NCBI GenBank assembly: GCA_965247095.1
Contig: OZ251997.1
Span: 3,680,001-3,744,000 of the forward strand
Direction: 5' to 3'
Source of the DNA: Candidatus Multivorans sp.
GTDB taxonomy: Bacteria > Acidobacteriota > Thermoanaerobaculia > Multivoradales > Multivoraceae
DNA length: 64,000 bases
Numbering within the stretch: position 1 is the first letter of the stretch; every line of letters starts with the position of its first letter. Under the pieces are notes generated by a model. That model saw only the letters and a list, made by a program, of their open reading frames with translations. It was not told the DNA's origin and did not search any database. The position numbers were made by a program, and so were the translations under genes. Shown here one piece after another: positions 52,194 to 63,358 of the stretch.

Positions 52194-52673
52194 TCAGGGC
52201 AGCGATCGGGGTTTCCGGACCTGCAGAACGAACGGTTCGGGCAGGAGATCGTGGAGTGTGAAGCGACTCCAGTTCGCGGCCTCGTGGTTGCCGGCGGTGA
52301 CCGATACCACGGGCAGGTCGCAAGAGAACTCCACCAGGGCGTCGCGGCACTGCCCACAGGGCGCGCATGGCGGTGTGGCGGTGGTAGCGATGGCCAGTGC
52401 CTGGAATGAAGTCCGTCCGTCCGCGACCGCGGCCGACAGCGCGCCGCGCTCGGCACAGAGGGTCAGGCCGAGCACGCGGTTCTCGACGTTGCAGCCGCCG
52501 TAGATGCGGCCGTCCGCCGCCAGCAGAGCGGCGCCCACCCTGAAACCGCTGTAGGGGGCGTAGGCCCGTTCGCGGCTACGGACCGCGACGTCGACCAGAG
52601 CCTCCCAGTCGATGCCCTCCCAGGAGGCGGCGTGGTCCAGTATCGGCAGGTGGAACACGGGTTGCCCACTCAT
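52194..52673 (-). CDS. cdd: Cytidine deaminase (homotetrameric type)
   Basis: AYAPYSGFRVGAA, GCNVEN, CAER, PCGQCR. Confidence 0.95.
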   Translation of the reverse strand: MSGQPVFHLPILDHAASWEGIDWEALVDVAVRSRERAYAPYSGFRVGAALLAADGRIYGGCNVENRVLGLTLCAERGALSAAVADGRTSFQALAIATTATPPCAPCGQCRDALVEFSCDLPVVSVTAGNHEAANWSRFTLHDLLPEPFVLQVRKPRSLP

Positions 52674-52849
52674 GGACCGCACCCTAGCAGCCTCCAGGGC
52701 GCTCGGCCCGAACCGCAGGCCCGGAAACGTGATACCCTGCGCCGCGCTTTGGCTCTGAGATATTCGTGTCGTGCCTTCGCACTTGACTCATTTGGTTCGC
52801 GGTCCCTCATTCCCTTGATGTCGGCTCGCAAGTTCGTGAGGTGGTCGCT

Positions 52850-54094
<1,245 letters not shown>

Positions 54095-54107
54095 GGAGCC
54101 CGTCACC

Positions 54108-55283
54108 TTGAAGATCCACGAGTTCCAGGCCAAGGAACTCCTGCGCGGCTTCGGCGCCAGGGTGCCGCAGGGGAAGGTCACCTCCGATCCCGCAAAGGCG
54201 GCGCAGATCTGTCGTGACTTCGGAGGCCGCTGCGTGGTCAAGGCCCAGATTCACGCCGGTGGCCGTGGCAAGGGCGGCGGCGTCAAGGTGGCCGCTGACC
54301 CGGAGGAGGCTGAGCGGCTGGCTGGCGAGATCCTCGGTATGCATCTCGTGACCCACCAGACCGGTCCCGAAGGCCAGCGGGTGCGGAAAGTCCTGATCGA
54401 AGAGGCGCTCGAGATCGAGCAGGAGCTCTACCTGGGCGTGACCCTGGACCGGGCGGCCGAGCGGCCGGTGTTGATGGCGTCCCGCTCCGGCGGCATGGAC
54501 ATCGAGGAAGTGGCGCGCACGGACCCCGACGCGATCCTGCGAGAGCTGATCGATCCGCAACTGGGCGTGCTGCCGTTCCAGTGCCGGAGGGTCGCGTCCG
54601 GTCTGGGGTACTCGGGCGGCACGGCGCGTCAGATCCAGGCCGCTGTCGCCAGCGTGGTCGCGGCCTATCTGGAGACGGACGCATCCCTGGTCGAGATCAA
54701 CCCGCTGATGGTCGACTCGAAGGGCGATGTCTACACCCTGGACGCGAAGATGAACTTCGACGACAACGCGATGTTCAGAAGGCGGGAGATCGCCGGCCTT
54801 CGCGACATCCACGAAGAGAACCCGCTCGAGGTCGAAGCGTCCAAGCACGGCATCAGCTACATCAAGCTGGACGGCAGCATCGGCTGCATGGTGAACGGCG
54901 CCGGGCTGGCGATGGCGACGATGGACATCATCAAGCTCCACGGAGGCGAACCAGCGAACTTCCTCGATGTCGGCGGCTCGGCTTCGCAGGAGGCGGTGGC
55001 CAGCGCCTTCCGGATCATCCTCTCGGATACGGCGGTGAAGGCGGTGCTGATCAACATCTTCGGCGGCATCGCGCGCACCGATCGCATTGCCCGCGGCGTG
55101 GTCGCGGCGATCGGGGAACTCGACGCGGCGGGCTCGCCGGTCGATGTGCCGGTGATCGTACGGCTCGAGGGAACGAACGTGGAGGAGGGCCGGAAGGTGC
55201 TGGAAGAGGCCGACTTCGACTTCATCGTGGCCGACGGCATGGCGACCGCCGCCGAGCGCGCGGTAGCGGCCCTGGGAAGCTAG
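54108..55283 (+). CDS. sucC: Succinyl-CoA synthetase beta subunit
   Basis: [40 protein letters not shown]. Confidence 0.97.
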   Translation: MKIHEFQAKELLRGFGARVPQGKVTSDPAKAAQICRDFGGRCVVKAQIHAGGRGKGGGVKVAADPEEAERLAGEILGMHLVTHQTGPEGQRVRKVLIEEALEIEQELYLGVTLDRAAERPVLMASRSGGMDIEEVARTDPDAILRELIDPQLGVLPFQCRRVASGLGYSGGTARQIQAAVASVVAAYLETDASLVEINPLMVDSKGDVYTLDAKMNFDDNAMFRRREIAGLRDIHEENPLEVEASKHGISYIKLDGSIGCMVNGAGLAMATMDIIKLHGGEPANFLDVGGSASQEAVASAFRIILSDTAVKAVLINIFGGIARTDRIARGVVAAIGELDAAGSPVDVPVIVRLEGTNVEEGRKVLEEADFDFIVADGMATAAERAVAALGS

Positions 55284-55288
55284 ACGCG

Positions 55289-56161
55289 ATGTCGATTCTG
55301 GTTGGCGAGGACACGCGCCTGATCGTGCAGGGCATCACCGGCACGGAGGGCCTGTTTCACGCGATGGGGTGCCGGGAGTACGGCACCGAGGTCGTCGGTG
55401 GCGTCACGCCCGGCAAGGGCGGCAGCACGGTCGAAGGTTTCGCGGTCTGGGACTCGGTCGATCAGGCGCGGCAGGCGACGGACTGCAACACGACGCTCAT
55501 CTTCGTGCCGCCGCCGTTCGCCGCGGACGCGATCATGGAGGCGGCCGATGCCGGCGTCGAGTTGATCGTCTGCATCACCGAGGGCATTCCCGTTCGCGAC
55601 ATGGTGCGGGTGAAGACGTTCCTCGCCGGCAGGAACAGCCGGCTGCTGGGGCCCAACTGCCCGGGTCTGATCACACCCGGCCGGGCCAAGGTCGGCATCA
55701 TGCCCGGCCACATCCACGCCTCGGGCAACGTCGGCGTGATCAGCCGCAGCGGCACACTGACCTACGAGGCCGTGTGGCAGCTCACGAACGAGGGCCTCGG
55801 TCAAACGACCTGCGTCGGCATCGGCGGCGATCCGATCAACGGCACGAACTTCATCGACGTGCTCGCACTGTTCGCCGGAGACGGGGCGACCGAGGCGATC
55901 GTGATGATCGGCGAGATCGGCGGCACCGCGGAAGAGGAGGCGGCGGACTGGATCCGGCAACACCTCGATATCCCGGTCGTCGGCTTCATCGCCGGCGCTA
56001 CAGCGCCCCCGGGGCGGCGGATGGGCCATGCGGGAGCGATCGTCGCGGGCGGCAAGGGAACCGCCGCGGAGAAGAAGGCGGCGCTTGAAGCGGCCGGCGT
56101 GCTGGTAGTCGACTCGCCCGCCGAGATGGGCGCGCGCGTCGCGGCGGCACTGGCCTCCTGA
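55289..56161 (+). CDS. sucD: Succinyl-CoA synthetase alpha subunit
   Basis: [30 protein letters not shown]. Confidence 0.97.
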   Translation: MSILVGEDTRLIVQGITGTEGLFHAMGCREYGTEVVGGVTPGKGGSTVEGFAVWDSVDQARQATDCNTTLIFVPPPFAADAIMEAADAGVELIVCITEGIPVRDMVRVKTFLAGRNSRLLGPNCPGLITPGRAKVGIMPGHIHASGNVGVISRSGTLTYEAVWQLTNEGLGQTTCVGIGGDPINGTNFIDVLALFAGDGATEAIVMIGEIGGTAEEEAADWIRQHLDIPVVGFIAGATAPPGRRMGHAGAIVAGGKGTAAEKKAALEAAGVLVVDSPAEMGARVAAALAS

Positions 56162-56186
56162 CGGCCGCGGCTGAACGGGAGACGAG

Positions 56187-56606
56187 ATGGAAGAGACGCT
56201 GACGATCATCAAGCCGGACGCGGTCCGCGCGGGCAACACGGGCCGGATCATCGCCCACCTCGAGGAAGCGGGGTTCACGATTCAGGCGATCCGGCGTTTG
56301 CGCCTTTCGCGGGCGCAGGCCGAGGCCTTCTACGCGGTCCATCGGGAGCGGCCGTTCTTCGCGGACCTGGTCGCCTTCATGACCAGCGGTCCGGCGGTGG
56401 CGATGGCGCTTGCCCGGGAGAACGCCGTCACCCACCTCCGCGACACGATGGGCGCGACCGACTCCACCCAGGCGGCGCCGGGCACGATCCGGAACCTCTA
56501 CGGGTCGAACATCCAGAACAACGCGATCCACGGCAGCGACTCGCCGGAGAACGCTGGCTTGGAGCGCGCGTTCTTCTTCGCCGGCTGCGACCTGGTCGGC
56601 CAGTAG
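56187..56606 (+). CDS. ndk: Nucleoside diphosphate kinase
   Basis: IIKPDAV, FMTSGP, PGTIR, NAIHGSDS. Confidence 0.97.
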   Translation: MEETLTIIKPDAVRAGNTGRIIAHLEEAGFTIQAIRRLRLSRAQAEAFYAVHRERPFFADLVAFMTSGPAVAMALARENAVTHLRDTMGATDSTQAAPGTIRNLYGSNIQNNAIHGSDSPENAGLERAFFFAGCDLVGQ

Positions 56607-56616
56607 CCAGTTCGCC

Positions 56617-56997
56617 TCAGTGGCCGACGCCGCGCGGACGCAACAACCGGCCGAGACCGCCGAGTGCGGCGTCGGCGACCAGGGCGAGATCCCGGCCCAG
56701 CAGGGTGACCAGCCCGGTCCCGGTGTACTCGGGGTACAAGTCGATGCTGCCTTTTCGCAGCGCTTCGAAGCAGAACTCGGTCCCGGCGAGCCCGAGTTTT
56801 CTCTCGACCTCGAGGTCGGTGCGGGCCTCGATCAACTGCGCGAAGAGTTCGCCGAGCAGGCGGTTTTCGGCGAAGTTCTTCGATCCGACGACGATCTTGC
56901 CGCGAGGTTGATCGTCTTCAACTTCCTCCTGCGCCGCTGCCGGCAGGTGACTGCCGGCGCAGAGTGCGGCCAGCAGAAGGAAAGCCGGCCGGGTCAT
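56617..56997 (-). pseudogene. Internally deleted glycine-betaine/osmoprotectant ABC binding-protein/permease fusion remnant
   Basis: Signal peptide, VVGSKNFAE..LLGE, DLYPEYTGT (OpuCC/OsmF-type N-lobe) joined to LALVADAALGGLGRLLRPRG (permease-like tail); only 126 aa. Confidence 0.75.
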
Positions 56998-57219
56998 GAC
57001 TGGGCGACTCCCGAGCGGTCCAGCAGGCGCATGACCGCCTGAGCGGGGCTGGGAGTGGAGGACGTCACGACGGAGTCGAAGCTGCGAAGGATCGTGCCCC
57101 AGCGTCCGCGACCGGAACGGCGAGCCGCCGCCGTCCGGGATCCATGCCGCCTGCAGGCGTGTTGATACTGTCGGCGCTTCGGCGATACCCGACCGAAGGC
57201 GGGTGGAAGGACCCAGGAA

Positions 57220-58656
57220 CTGGCTGCAGCGACCCAACTCTTCTCCAGCCGCTGGGGGCTCATGCTGGCCATGCTGGGCATGGCGGTGGGTACCGGCAAC
57301 CTGTGGCGGTTCCCACGGATCGCGGCCTCCAACGGCGGCGGCTCCTTCCTTGTCGCCTGGGTCGTCTTCCTGATGCTCTGGTCGGTGCCGCTGATCCTGG
57401 CCGAGTTCGCGCTCGGCAAGAAGATGCGGAACGGCACCGTCGGCACCTTCGCGCGGATGATGGGCGATCGGTTCGCCTGGATGGGCGCCTGGATTGCCTG
57501 GGTGGCGGCGGCGATCGGCTTCTACTACGCGGTGGTCATGGGTTGGACCCTGCGCTACCTGCTGGCAGCAGCGACTCTGCAACTCCGCGGCGAGGGCTCC
57601 AGCGAGCTCTGGGAGAGCTTCTCCTACTCGCCCTCCGCGTTGATCTTTCACGCCCTGGCCCTGGCCCTGGCCGTGATCGTGGTGCTCAAGGGCATTCGCG
57701 GCATCGAGAGCGTGGTGCGGGTGCTGATGCCCGCGCTGCTGGTCCTGGTCGTGGTGCTTGCGATTCGCGCCGTGACGCTGCCGGGGGCGTCGAAGGGTCT
57801 TCAGTTCCTGTTCGAGCCGACCTGGAGCGACCTGCTCGACTACAACGTGTGGCTGCAGGCGTTGACCCAGAACGCCTGGGACACGGGCGCCGGCTGGGGT
57901 CTGGTCCTGACCTATGCCGTCTTCTCGCGCCGCCGGGAGGACACGAACCTGAACTCCTTCCTGCTCGCGTTCGGCAACAACAGCGTCTCCCTGCTCGCCG
58001 GCGTCATGGTGCTGTGCACGGTCTTCTCGCTGATGCCCGATGCGGCCGGGGAGATCGTCGGCGCCGGCAACGAAGGTCTGACTTTCATCTGGATCCCGCA
58101 ACTGTTCAACGCGATGCCGGGCGGCAGCGTGTTCATGGTCCTGTTCTTTGCGGCCCTGGTGTTCGCCGCCTGGACGTCCCTGGTGGCGATGTTCCAGCTC
58201 GTCAGTTTGGCGCTCGAAGAGGCGGGTCTCGAACGCCGGACGGCGGTCATCTCGCTGGCGGTCGCCGCCTTTGCGCTGGGCATTCCCTCCGCGCTCTCCC
58301 AGCCGTTCTTTGTGAATCAGGACACGGTCTGGAGCGTGGCGTTGATGTTCTGCGGTCTGTTCTTCGCCCTGATCGTCATTCGCTACGGCGTGGCGCGCTT
58401 CCGTGCGGAACTGATCAACCAGGGAGGGCAGGACATGGTGGTCGGCGTGTGGTGGGAGTGGGCGATCCGGCTGGTCGTCGTCCAGGCGTTGGTGCTCGTC
58501 GTCTGGATGTGCTGGGGCGCGCGGAACGAACCGCTATGGGGCCCGCTCGGTGTGGGCAACATGTTCGCGCAGTGGCTGGTGGTGGCCGCGGTGCTGATCG
58601 CGCTCAACGGCGTCTTTCTGCGCGGCCTAAAGAAACGCGCTCAGAGCACGGAGTAG
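57220..58656 (+). CDS. Sodium-dependent transporter, NSS/SNF (LeuT-like) family; start probably CTG 57220, first ATG 57262
   Basis: FSSRWG, AVGTGNLWRFP, NGGGSFL, GLTFIWIP, FAAWTS. Confidence 0.93.
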   Translation: MAAATQLFSSRWGLMLAMLGMAVGTGNLWRFPRIAASNGGGSFLVAWVVFLMLWSVPLILAEFALGKKMRNGTVGTFARMMGDRFAWMGAWIAWVAAAIGFYYAVVMGWTLRYLLAAATLQLRGEGSSELWESFSYSPSALIFHALALALAVIVVLKGIRGIESVVRVLMPALLVLVVVLAIRAVTLPGASKGLQFLFEPTWSDLLDYNVWLQALTQNAWDTGAGWGLVLTYAVFSRRREDTNLNSFLLAFGNNSVSLLAGVMVLCTVFSLMPDAAGEIVGAGNEGLTFIWIPQLFNAMPGGSVFMVLFFAALVFAAWTSLVAMFQLVSLALEEAGLERRTAVISLAVAAFALGIPSALSQPFFVNQDTVWSVALMFCGLFFALIVIRYGVARFRAELINQGGQDMVVGVWWEWAIRLVVVQALVLVVWMCWGARNEPLWGPLGVGNMFAQWLVVAAVLIALNGVFLRGLKKRAQSTE

Positions 58657-58663
58657 CGACGCC

Positions 58664-58972
58664 TCAACTGAGCCGGCGGTGCAGCCAGGCCTGGACGCGT
58701 TGAATGCGCCGCCAGGCGTTCGGCCAGCGGCGCATGACGAAAGCCCGCAGGCGGCGGTTCAGGCGGTCGCTGGCGAGCGAGAGCAGTGCCACGCCAAGTG
58801 CGAGGGGCACGATCTGGGGCACGACGGGAAGCAGGACACCGATGATGCCCAGCAGAAGGAACAGGCCACCCAGAGCGAAAAGAAGAATGCGCACGCCGGT
58901 GCTCAGGGGAGCCAGCTCGGGTTCCTGCTCCACGAGGGGCGCCAACGGCGGGTCCGGATTGCTCTCAGTCAC
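58664..58972 (-). CDS. Small membrane protein (YbaN/DUF454-like)
   Basis: LGGLFLLLGIIGVLLPVVPQ hairpin-TM motif. Confidence 0.7.
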   Translation of the reverse strand: MTESNPDPPLAPLVEQEPELAPLSTGVRILLFALGGLFLLLGIIGVLLPVVPQIVPLALGVALLSLASDRLNRRLRAFVMRRWPNAWRRIQRVQAWLHRRLS

Positions 58973-60207
58973 TCTGGAATCGCTGCACTCGGTGTCGTGA
59001 GTCTTACCTTCAAGAAGCGGCGCTTGCCCACCTTGAGCAGGACATCCGCTCCTTCCTTCAGGATGCGGTACGGATCACTGACTTTCTCGCCGTCGAGGGA
59101 GACCGCCCCCTGCTGGACCAGGCGCCGCGCTTCGGCTCTGCTGCCAGTGAGGCCGGCATCGGCGATGACGGCAAAGAGAGACTGACCGGCGGGGACCAGG
59201 AGGGTCTCGATCTCGTCCGGCACACCGCCGCGGCGGAACATGCGGTCGAACTCGGCGCGCGCGCCGTCGGCGGCGTCGCGGCCATGGAAGCGGCGCACGA
59301 GTTCATGGGCCAGCTCAGCCTTGAGATCCCGCGGGCTGGCCTTGCCTTGCTCGACCTGCGCCTTCTGGCGGTCGATCTCGGCCTCGTCCAGATCGGTCAA
59401 CAGCAGCCGCCAATCCCACATCAGCGAATCGGGGATCGACATCGTGCGGCCGAACATCTCGCGGGGCGAGTCCTCGAAGTGGACCGCGTTGCCGAGGCTC
59501 TTCGACATCTTCTGCACGCCGTCGGTGCCGACCAGGAGCGGAACGGTGAGCGCGATCTGGGGCTCCAGGCCGCGCGCGCGCATCAGGTCGCGGCCGACCA
59601 GGAGGTTGAGCAACTGGTCGTGCCCGCCGAGTTCGGCGTCGGCCTTAAGGACCACCGAGTCGTAGCCCTGGGTCAGCGGGTAGAGCAGCTCGTGAATCGA
59701 GATGGGTTCGTGGTTCTCGAACCTCGCGCGGAAGTCCTGGCGCTCCATCATCTGGGCCAGGGTGTAGGAACCGGCCAGCCGGATCAATCCCTCGGCGCCC
59801 AACTCGGAGAGCCATTCGCTGTTGTGCAGGATCTCGGTTCGTTCCCGGTCGAGCACCTTCCAGGCCTGCTCCTGGTAGGTCTGGGCATTTGCGAGGACCT
59901 CCTCGCGGGAGAGCTGCGGCCGGGTGGCCTTCTTGCCGGTGGGATCGCCGATCATGGCGGTGAAGTCGCCGACCAGGAACACGACCCGATGCCCGAGCTG
60001 CTGGAAGTGCGCCATCTTGCGCAGGAGGACCGCGTGACCCAGGTGCAGATCGGGCGCGGTCGGATCGAAGCCGGTCTTGACCAGCAGCGGGCGGTTCTGC
60101 CGGCGGGATTCCTCGAGCCGGCGGCGCAGTGCGTCCTCGGAGGCGACGTCGACCGCCCCGCGGAGGAGCAGTTCCATCTGCTCTTCGACCGGCGGGAAGC
60201 TGCTCAT
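58969..60207 (-). CDS. tyrS: Tyrosine--tRNA ligase
   Basis: GFDPTAPDLHLGH, YPLTQGYDS, KMSKS, S4 domain, VGKRRF. Confidence 0.97.
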   Translation of the reverse strand: MSSFPPVEEQMELLLRGAVDVASEDALRRRLEESRRQNRPLLVKTGFDPTAPDLHLGHAVLLRKMAHFQQLGHRVVFLVGDFTAMIGDPTGKKATRPQLSREEVLANAQTYQEQAWKVLDRERTEILHNSEWLSELGAEGLIRLAGSYTLAQMMERQDFRARFENHEPISIHELLYPLTQGYDSVVLKADAELGGHDQLLNLLVGRDLMRARGLEPQIALTVPLLVGTDGVQKMSKSLGNAVHFEDSPREMFGRTMSIPDSLMWDWRLLLTDLDEAEIDRQKAQVEQGKASPRDLKAELAHELVRRFHGRDAADGARAEFDRMFRRGGVPDEIETLLVPAGQSLFAVIADAGLTGSRAEARRLVQQGAVSLDGEKVSDPYRILKEGADVLLKVGKRRFLKVRLTTPSAAIPE

Positions 60208-60274
60208 GGGGCGGAGGGTAACAGCCGGTTGCGGGTGGCGGGCAGACGACGATTCGGGGCGGCGTGAACGCCGT

Positions 60275-61138
60275 TCAGGGCGTGCCGGACCGGGGTTCTC
60301 CGGATGAGGGGACCCGGGGCGTCGCCGTGTCACGAATACGGCCGGAGGCGACGATTCTGGCGTCCCCGGACAGACGCCAGCGCTCCTCGCCGGCCGGCTC
60401 CAGGGGGCCTTCCTCCAGATGCAGTTCGCAGCCGCTGCGAGTGGTGGCGACGAGGGGCAGGGAGAGGCGGCCTTCCGCGATGGCGCAGGCGGCGGCGGCC
60501 ACGACGCCGGTGCCGCAGGCCAGAGTCTCGGCTTCGACGCCGCGCTCGAACGACCTGATGCGGAAGCCCTCGGGACGATCGAGGCCGACGAAGTGGACGT
60601 TCGCGCCTTCCCTTCCGAGGTCCGGGTGGGCGCGGAGGATCGGCCCGAGCGAGCCGACCGGCGCCTCGTCCAGGTCCGTTTGCCACCAGAGAACGAAGTG
60701 GGGCACGCCGACGTCGATCCGGCGGCCGGTGTAGGTGCGGCTGTTCGTGTGCAGAGTCATCGGATGTCCCGGTCCCGGCGCAGGCACCAGGACGGCGGTG
60801 CGCGTCTCGTCGAGCGGTTCGGCCGTGAGAGTGCCTGACGCGGTTTCGATCTGCACACTCGAGGCCGATGGCTCCTGGTCGAAGGCGAGCCGGGCGGCAC
60901 AGCGGGCCGCGTTCAGGCACAGGTCGGCGTGGGCTCCGTCGGCGTTGGCGTAGTCGAGGGCATAGCGTCCGTCGGTCACGCGCCGCAGGCTGAACAGGCC
61001 GTCGGCGCCGACCGATACGCCGCGCCGGCACCACGCCTGCACCGTCTCCACGGGCGGAATGGGACAGTCCAGCAGGGCGATGAAGTCGTTGCCCGCGCCG
61101 CTAACGAAGAAGAACGGGGTGCCGTTACGGTCGGTCAC
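60275..61138 (-). CDS. dapF: Diaminopimelate epimerase
   Basis: GAGNDF, GADG, NADG...LCLNAARC, GVPH, ERGVE.ETLACGTG. Confidence 0.9.
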   Translation of the reverse strand: MTDRNGTPFFFVSGAGNDFIALLDCPIPPVETVQAWCRRGVSVGADGLFSLRRVTDGRYALDYANADGAHADLCLNAARCAARLAFDQEPSASSVQIETASGTLTAEPLDETRTAVLVPAPGPGHPMTLHTNSRTYTGRRIDVGVPHFVLWWQTDLDEAPVGSLGPILRAHPDLGREGANVHFVGLDRPEGFRIRSFERGVEAETLACGTGVVAAAACAIAEGRLSLPLVATTRSGCELHLEEGPLEPAGEERWRLSGDARIVASGRIRDTATPRVPSSGEPRSGTP

Positions 61139-61389
61139 GGCGGCGTGCCGTCGTCGTCCCCGCCGTCGTCGTCGTCGTCATCCTCGCCGTCTTGAGTTTC
61201 CGACTCCGAAGATTCGCCGTCGATGGCTGTTGCTTCGCCGGGCGCCGTTTCGGCGATGGGGTCCGGCTCGCGCAGAGGCGGCAGCGGATCGCCCTTTCGG
61301 CCGCAGCCGGTGGCGGCCAGCAGCGTCAGCAGAACGGCGACGATCGCGGCCGGGCCGATGGGATGGCGATGGCGGGGTCTAGAGGACAT
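61135..61389 (-). CDS. Small lipoprotein, LptM/YifL-like
   Basis: Lipobox followed by CGRKGDP.PP; acidic tail; directly upstream of dapF, as yifL is in Gammaproteobacteria. Confidence 0.7.
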   Translation of the reverse strand: MSSRPRHRHPIGPAAIVAVLLTLLAATGCGRKGDPLPPLREPDPIAETAPGEATAIDGESSESETQDGEDDDDDDGGDDDGTPP

Positions 61390-62752
61390 AGCGGCTGAGA
61401 TCCCGGTCTTCCACGATGTCGGCGAGAGCCCGGGTCACGTAGGCCGCGTCGACTTCCAGGACTACGCCCTCCATGTCGGGGGCCTCGAAGGAGACCTCTT
61501 CGAGCAGGCGCTCCATCAGGGTCGCCAGACGCCGGGCGCCTATGTTCTCGGTCTGGGAGTTCACCTGCACGGCGAGGCGGGCGATCTCCTTCACCGCGTC
61601 GTCGCGGAAGGAGAGGTCCAGGCCCTCGGCGCCGAGGAGGGCGCGGTACTGCGTCGTCAGGGCGCTGTCCGGCTCGGTCAGGATGCGGACGAACTCCGCT
61701 TCGCCCAGTGCGCTGAGTTCGACCCGGATCGGGAAGCGTCCCTGGAGCTCGGGGATCATGTCGGACGGCTTGGCGACGTGGAAGGCGCCGGCGCCGATGA
61801 ACAGCACGTGGTCCGTCTTGACCGGGCCGTACTTGGTCGTCACCGTGGTTCCTTCGACGATCGGCAGCAGATCGCGCTGAACCCCTTCGCGCGAGATGTC
61901 GGGTCCGTGGCCGCCAGTGCGGCTGGCGACCTTGTCGATCTCGTCGAGAAAGACGATGCCGGCCTGCTCCACGCGCAGTCTCGCTTCCTCGGCCACGTCC
62001 TGACGATCGATCAGTGCCTCCGCCTCCTGCCGGCGCAGGATCTCCCGCGCTTCGGAGACCTCGACCATCTGGCGCTTGCGCTTGCCGAACAGGCCCGGGA
62101 GCATCTCCTTGAGGTTGATTCCCACCGCCTCGACGCCCTGGGGGGTGAACATCTCGAACTGCTGTTGGGAGGCGTCGTCGACTTCGATCTCGACCATGCG
62201 GTGGTCCAGGCGTCCCTCCTCGAGCCACTGTCGGAAGCGTTCCCGGGTTTCGGTCGGTGCGCTGTAGGCGGCCGGGTCGTCGGCGTCGGCGGCCGCTTGG
62301 GGCGCCTGGGGGACCAGGAGCTGGAGCAGCCGCTCGTCGGCTCTTGACGCGGCTTCCGCTTCCACCGCGGCCCGTTTCTCTTCTCCGACCATCGCCACCG
62401 CAAGCTCCATCAGGTCGCGGACGATCGACTCGACGTCGCGGCCGACGTATCCGACCTCGGTGAACTTGCTGGCCTCGATCTTGAGGAAGGGGGCCCGCGC
62501 GAGTTTGGCCAGCCGGCGCGCGATCTCCGTCTTGCCCACGCCGGTTGGGCCCATCATCAGGATGTTCTTCGGTGCGATGTCCTCTGCGGTCTCGGGATCG
62601 AGCTGCTGCCGCCGCCAGCGGTTGCGCATCGCGATCGCCACCGCGCGCTTTGCGTCCTTCTGACCGACAACGTGCCGGTCGAGGGCCGCGACGATCTCCC
62701 GCGGCGTCAGGTTCTCGACGAACTGGGCGTTCTGTGCCGGCTCGACGGTCAC
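61379..62752 (-). CDS. hslU: HslUV protease ATPase subunit
   Basis: LTPREIV, GPTGVGKTEIARR, GYVGRD, DLSRYVL. Confidence 0.97.
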   Translation of the reverse strand: MTVEPAQNAQFVENLTPREIVAALDRHVVGQKDAKRAVAIAMRNRWRRQQLDPETAEDIAPKNILMMGPTGVGKTEIARRLAKLARAPFLKIEASKFTEVGYVGRDVESIVRDLMELAVAMVGEEKRAAVEAEAASRADERLLQLLVPQAPQAAADADDPAAYSAPTETRERFRQWLEEGRLDHRMVEIEVDDASQQQFEMFTPQGVEAVGINLKEMLPGLFGKRKRQMVEVSEAREILRRQEAEALIDRQDVAEEARLRVEQAGIVFLDEIDKVASRTGGHGPDISREGVQRDLLPIVEGTTVTTKYGPVKTDHVLFIGAGAFHVAKPSDMIPELQGRFPIRVELSALGEAEFVRILTEPDSALTTQYRALLGAEGLDLSFRDDAVKEIARLAVQVNSQTENIGARRLATLMERLLEEVSFEAPDMEGVVLEVDAAYVTRALADIVEDRDLSRYVL

Positions 62753-63297
62753 GCCGCGGCCCCATTTCCTTCGAGGCGCTCCACGGTGACTTCGTGGTTG
62801 GTGTAGATGCAGAGGTCGGCGGTGATCCGCATTGCCTCCCGCGCGACCTGTTCCGCGTCGAGCTCCGTGTGCTTGAGCAGCGCCTGGGCGGCGGCGAGGG
62901 CGTAGTTTCCGCCCGAACCGATGGCGAGCGGCATGCCCGTATCCGGCTCGAGCAGGTCGCCGTTACCCATCGCCAGGAAGCTCTTGCTCGCGTCGGCGAC
63001 GATCATCTGCGCCTCGAGCCGGCGCAGCGCCCGGTCCGTTCGCCAGTCCATCGCCAGTTCGATCACGGCGCGCTCGAGATTGCCCTGGTACTCCTCGATC
63101 TTGGCCTCGAAGCGTGAGAACAGGGCCAGGGCGTCGGCGCCGCCGCCGGCGAAACCGACCAGAATCCGACCGTGGTTGGCGCGTTGGACCTTGCGGGCGT
63201 GCGCCTTGACCACCGTGTTCGCGGTGCCGTTGGTGACCTGGCCGTCGCTGGCCATGCAGATCGTGCCGCCGCGGCGTACGAGCAGGATGGTGGTCAT
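62749..63297 (-). CDS. hslV: HslUV protease peptidase subunit
   Basis: N-terminal TTI, DGQVT, DWRTDR.LRRLEA, IGSGG.YA, C.YTN. Confidence 0.97.
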   Translation of the reverse strand: MTTILLVRRGGTICMASDGQVTNGTANTVVKAHARKVQRANHGRILVGFAGGGADALALFSRFEAKIEEYQGNLERAVIELAMDWRTDRALRRLEAQMIVADASKSFLAMGNGDLLEPDTGMPLAIGSGGNYALAAAQALLKHTELDAEQVAREAMRITADLCIYTNHEVTVERLEGNGAAA

Positions 63298-63358
63298 GTG
63301 GTCGGGTGGTCTCCCTCAGGTTGGCAGCCGGCGCGGGTCGCGGCAGCGGTCCCTCGTT

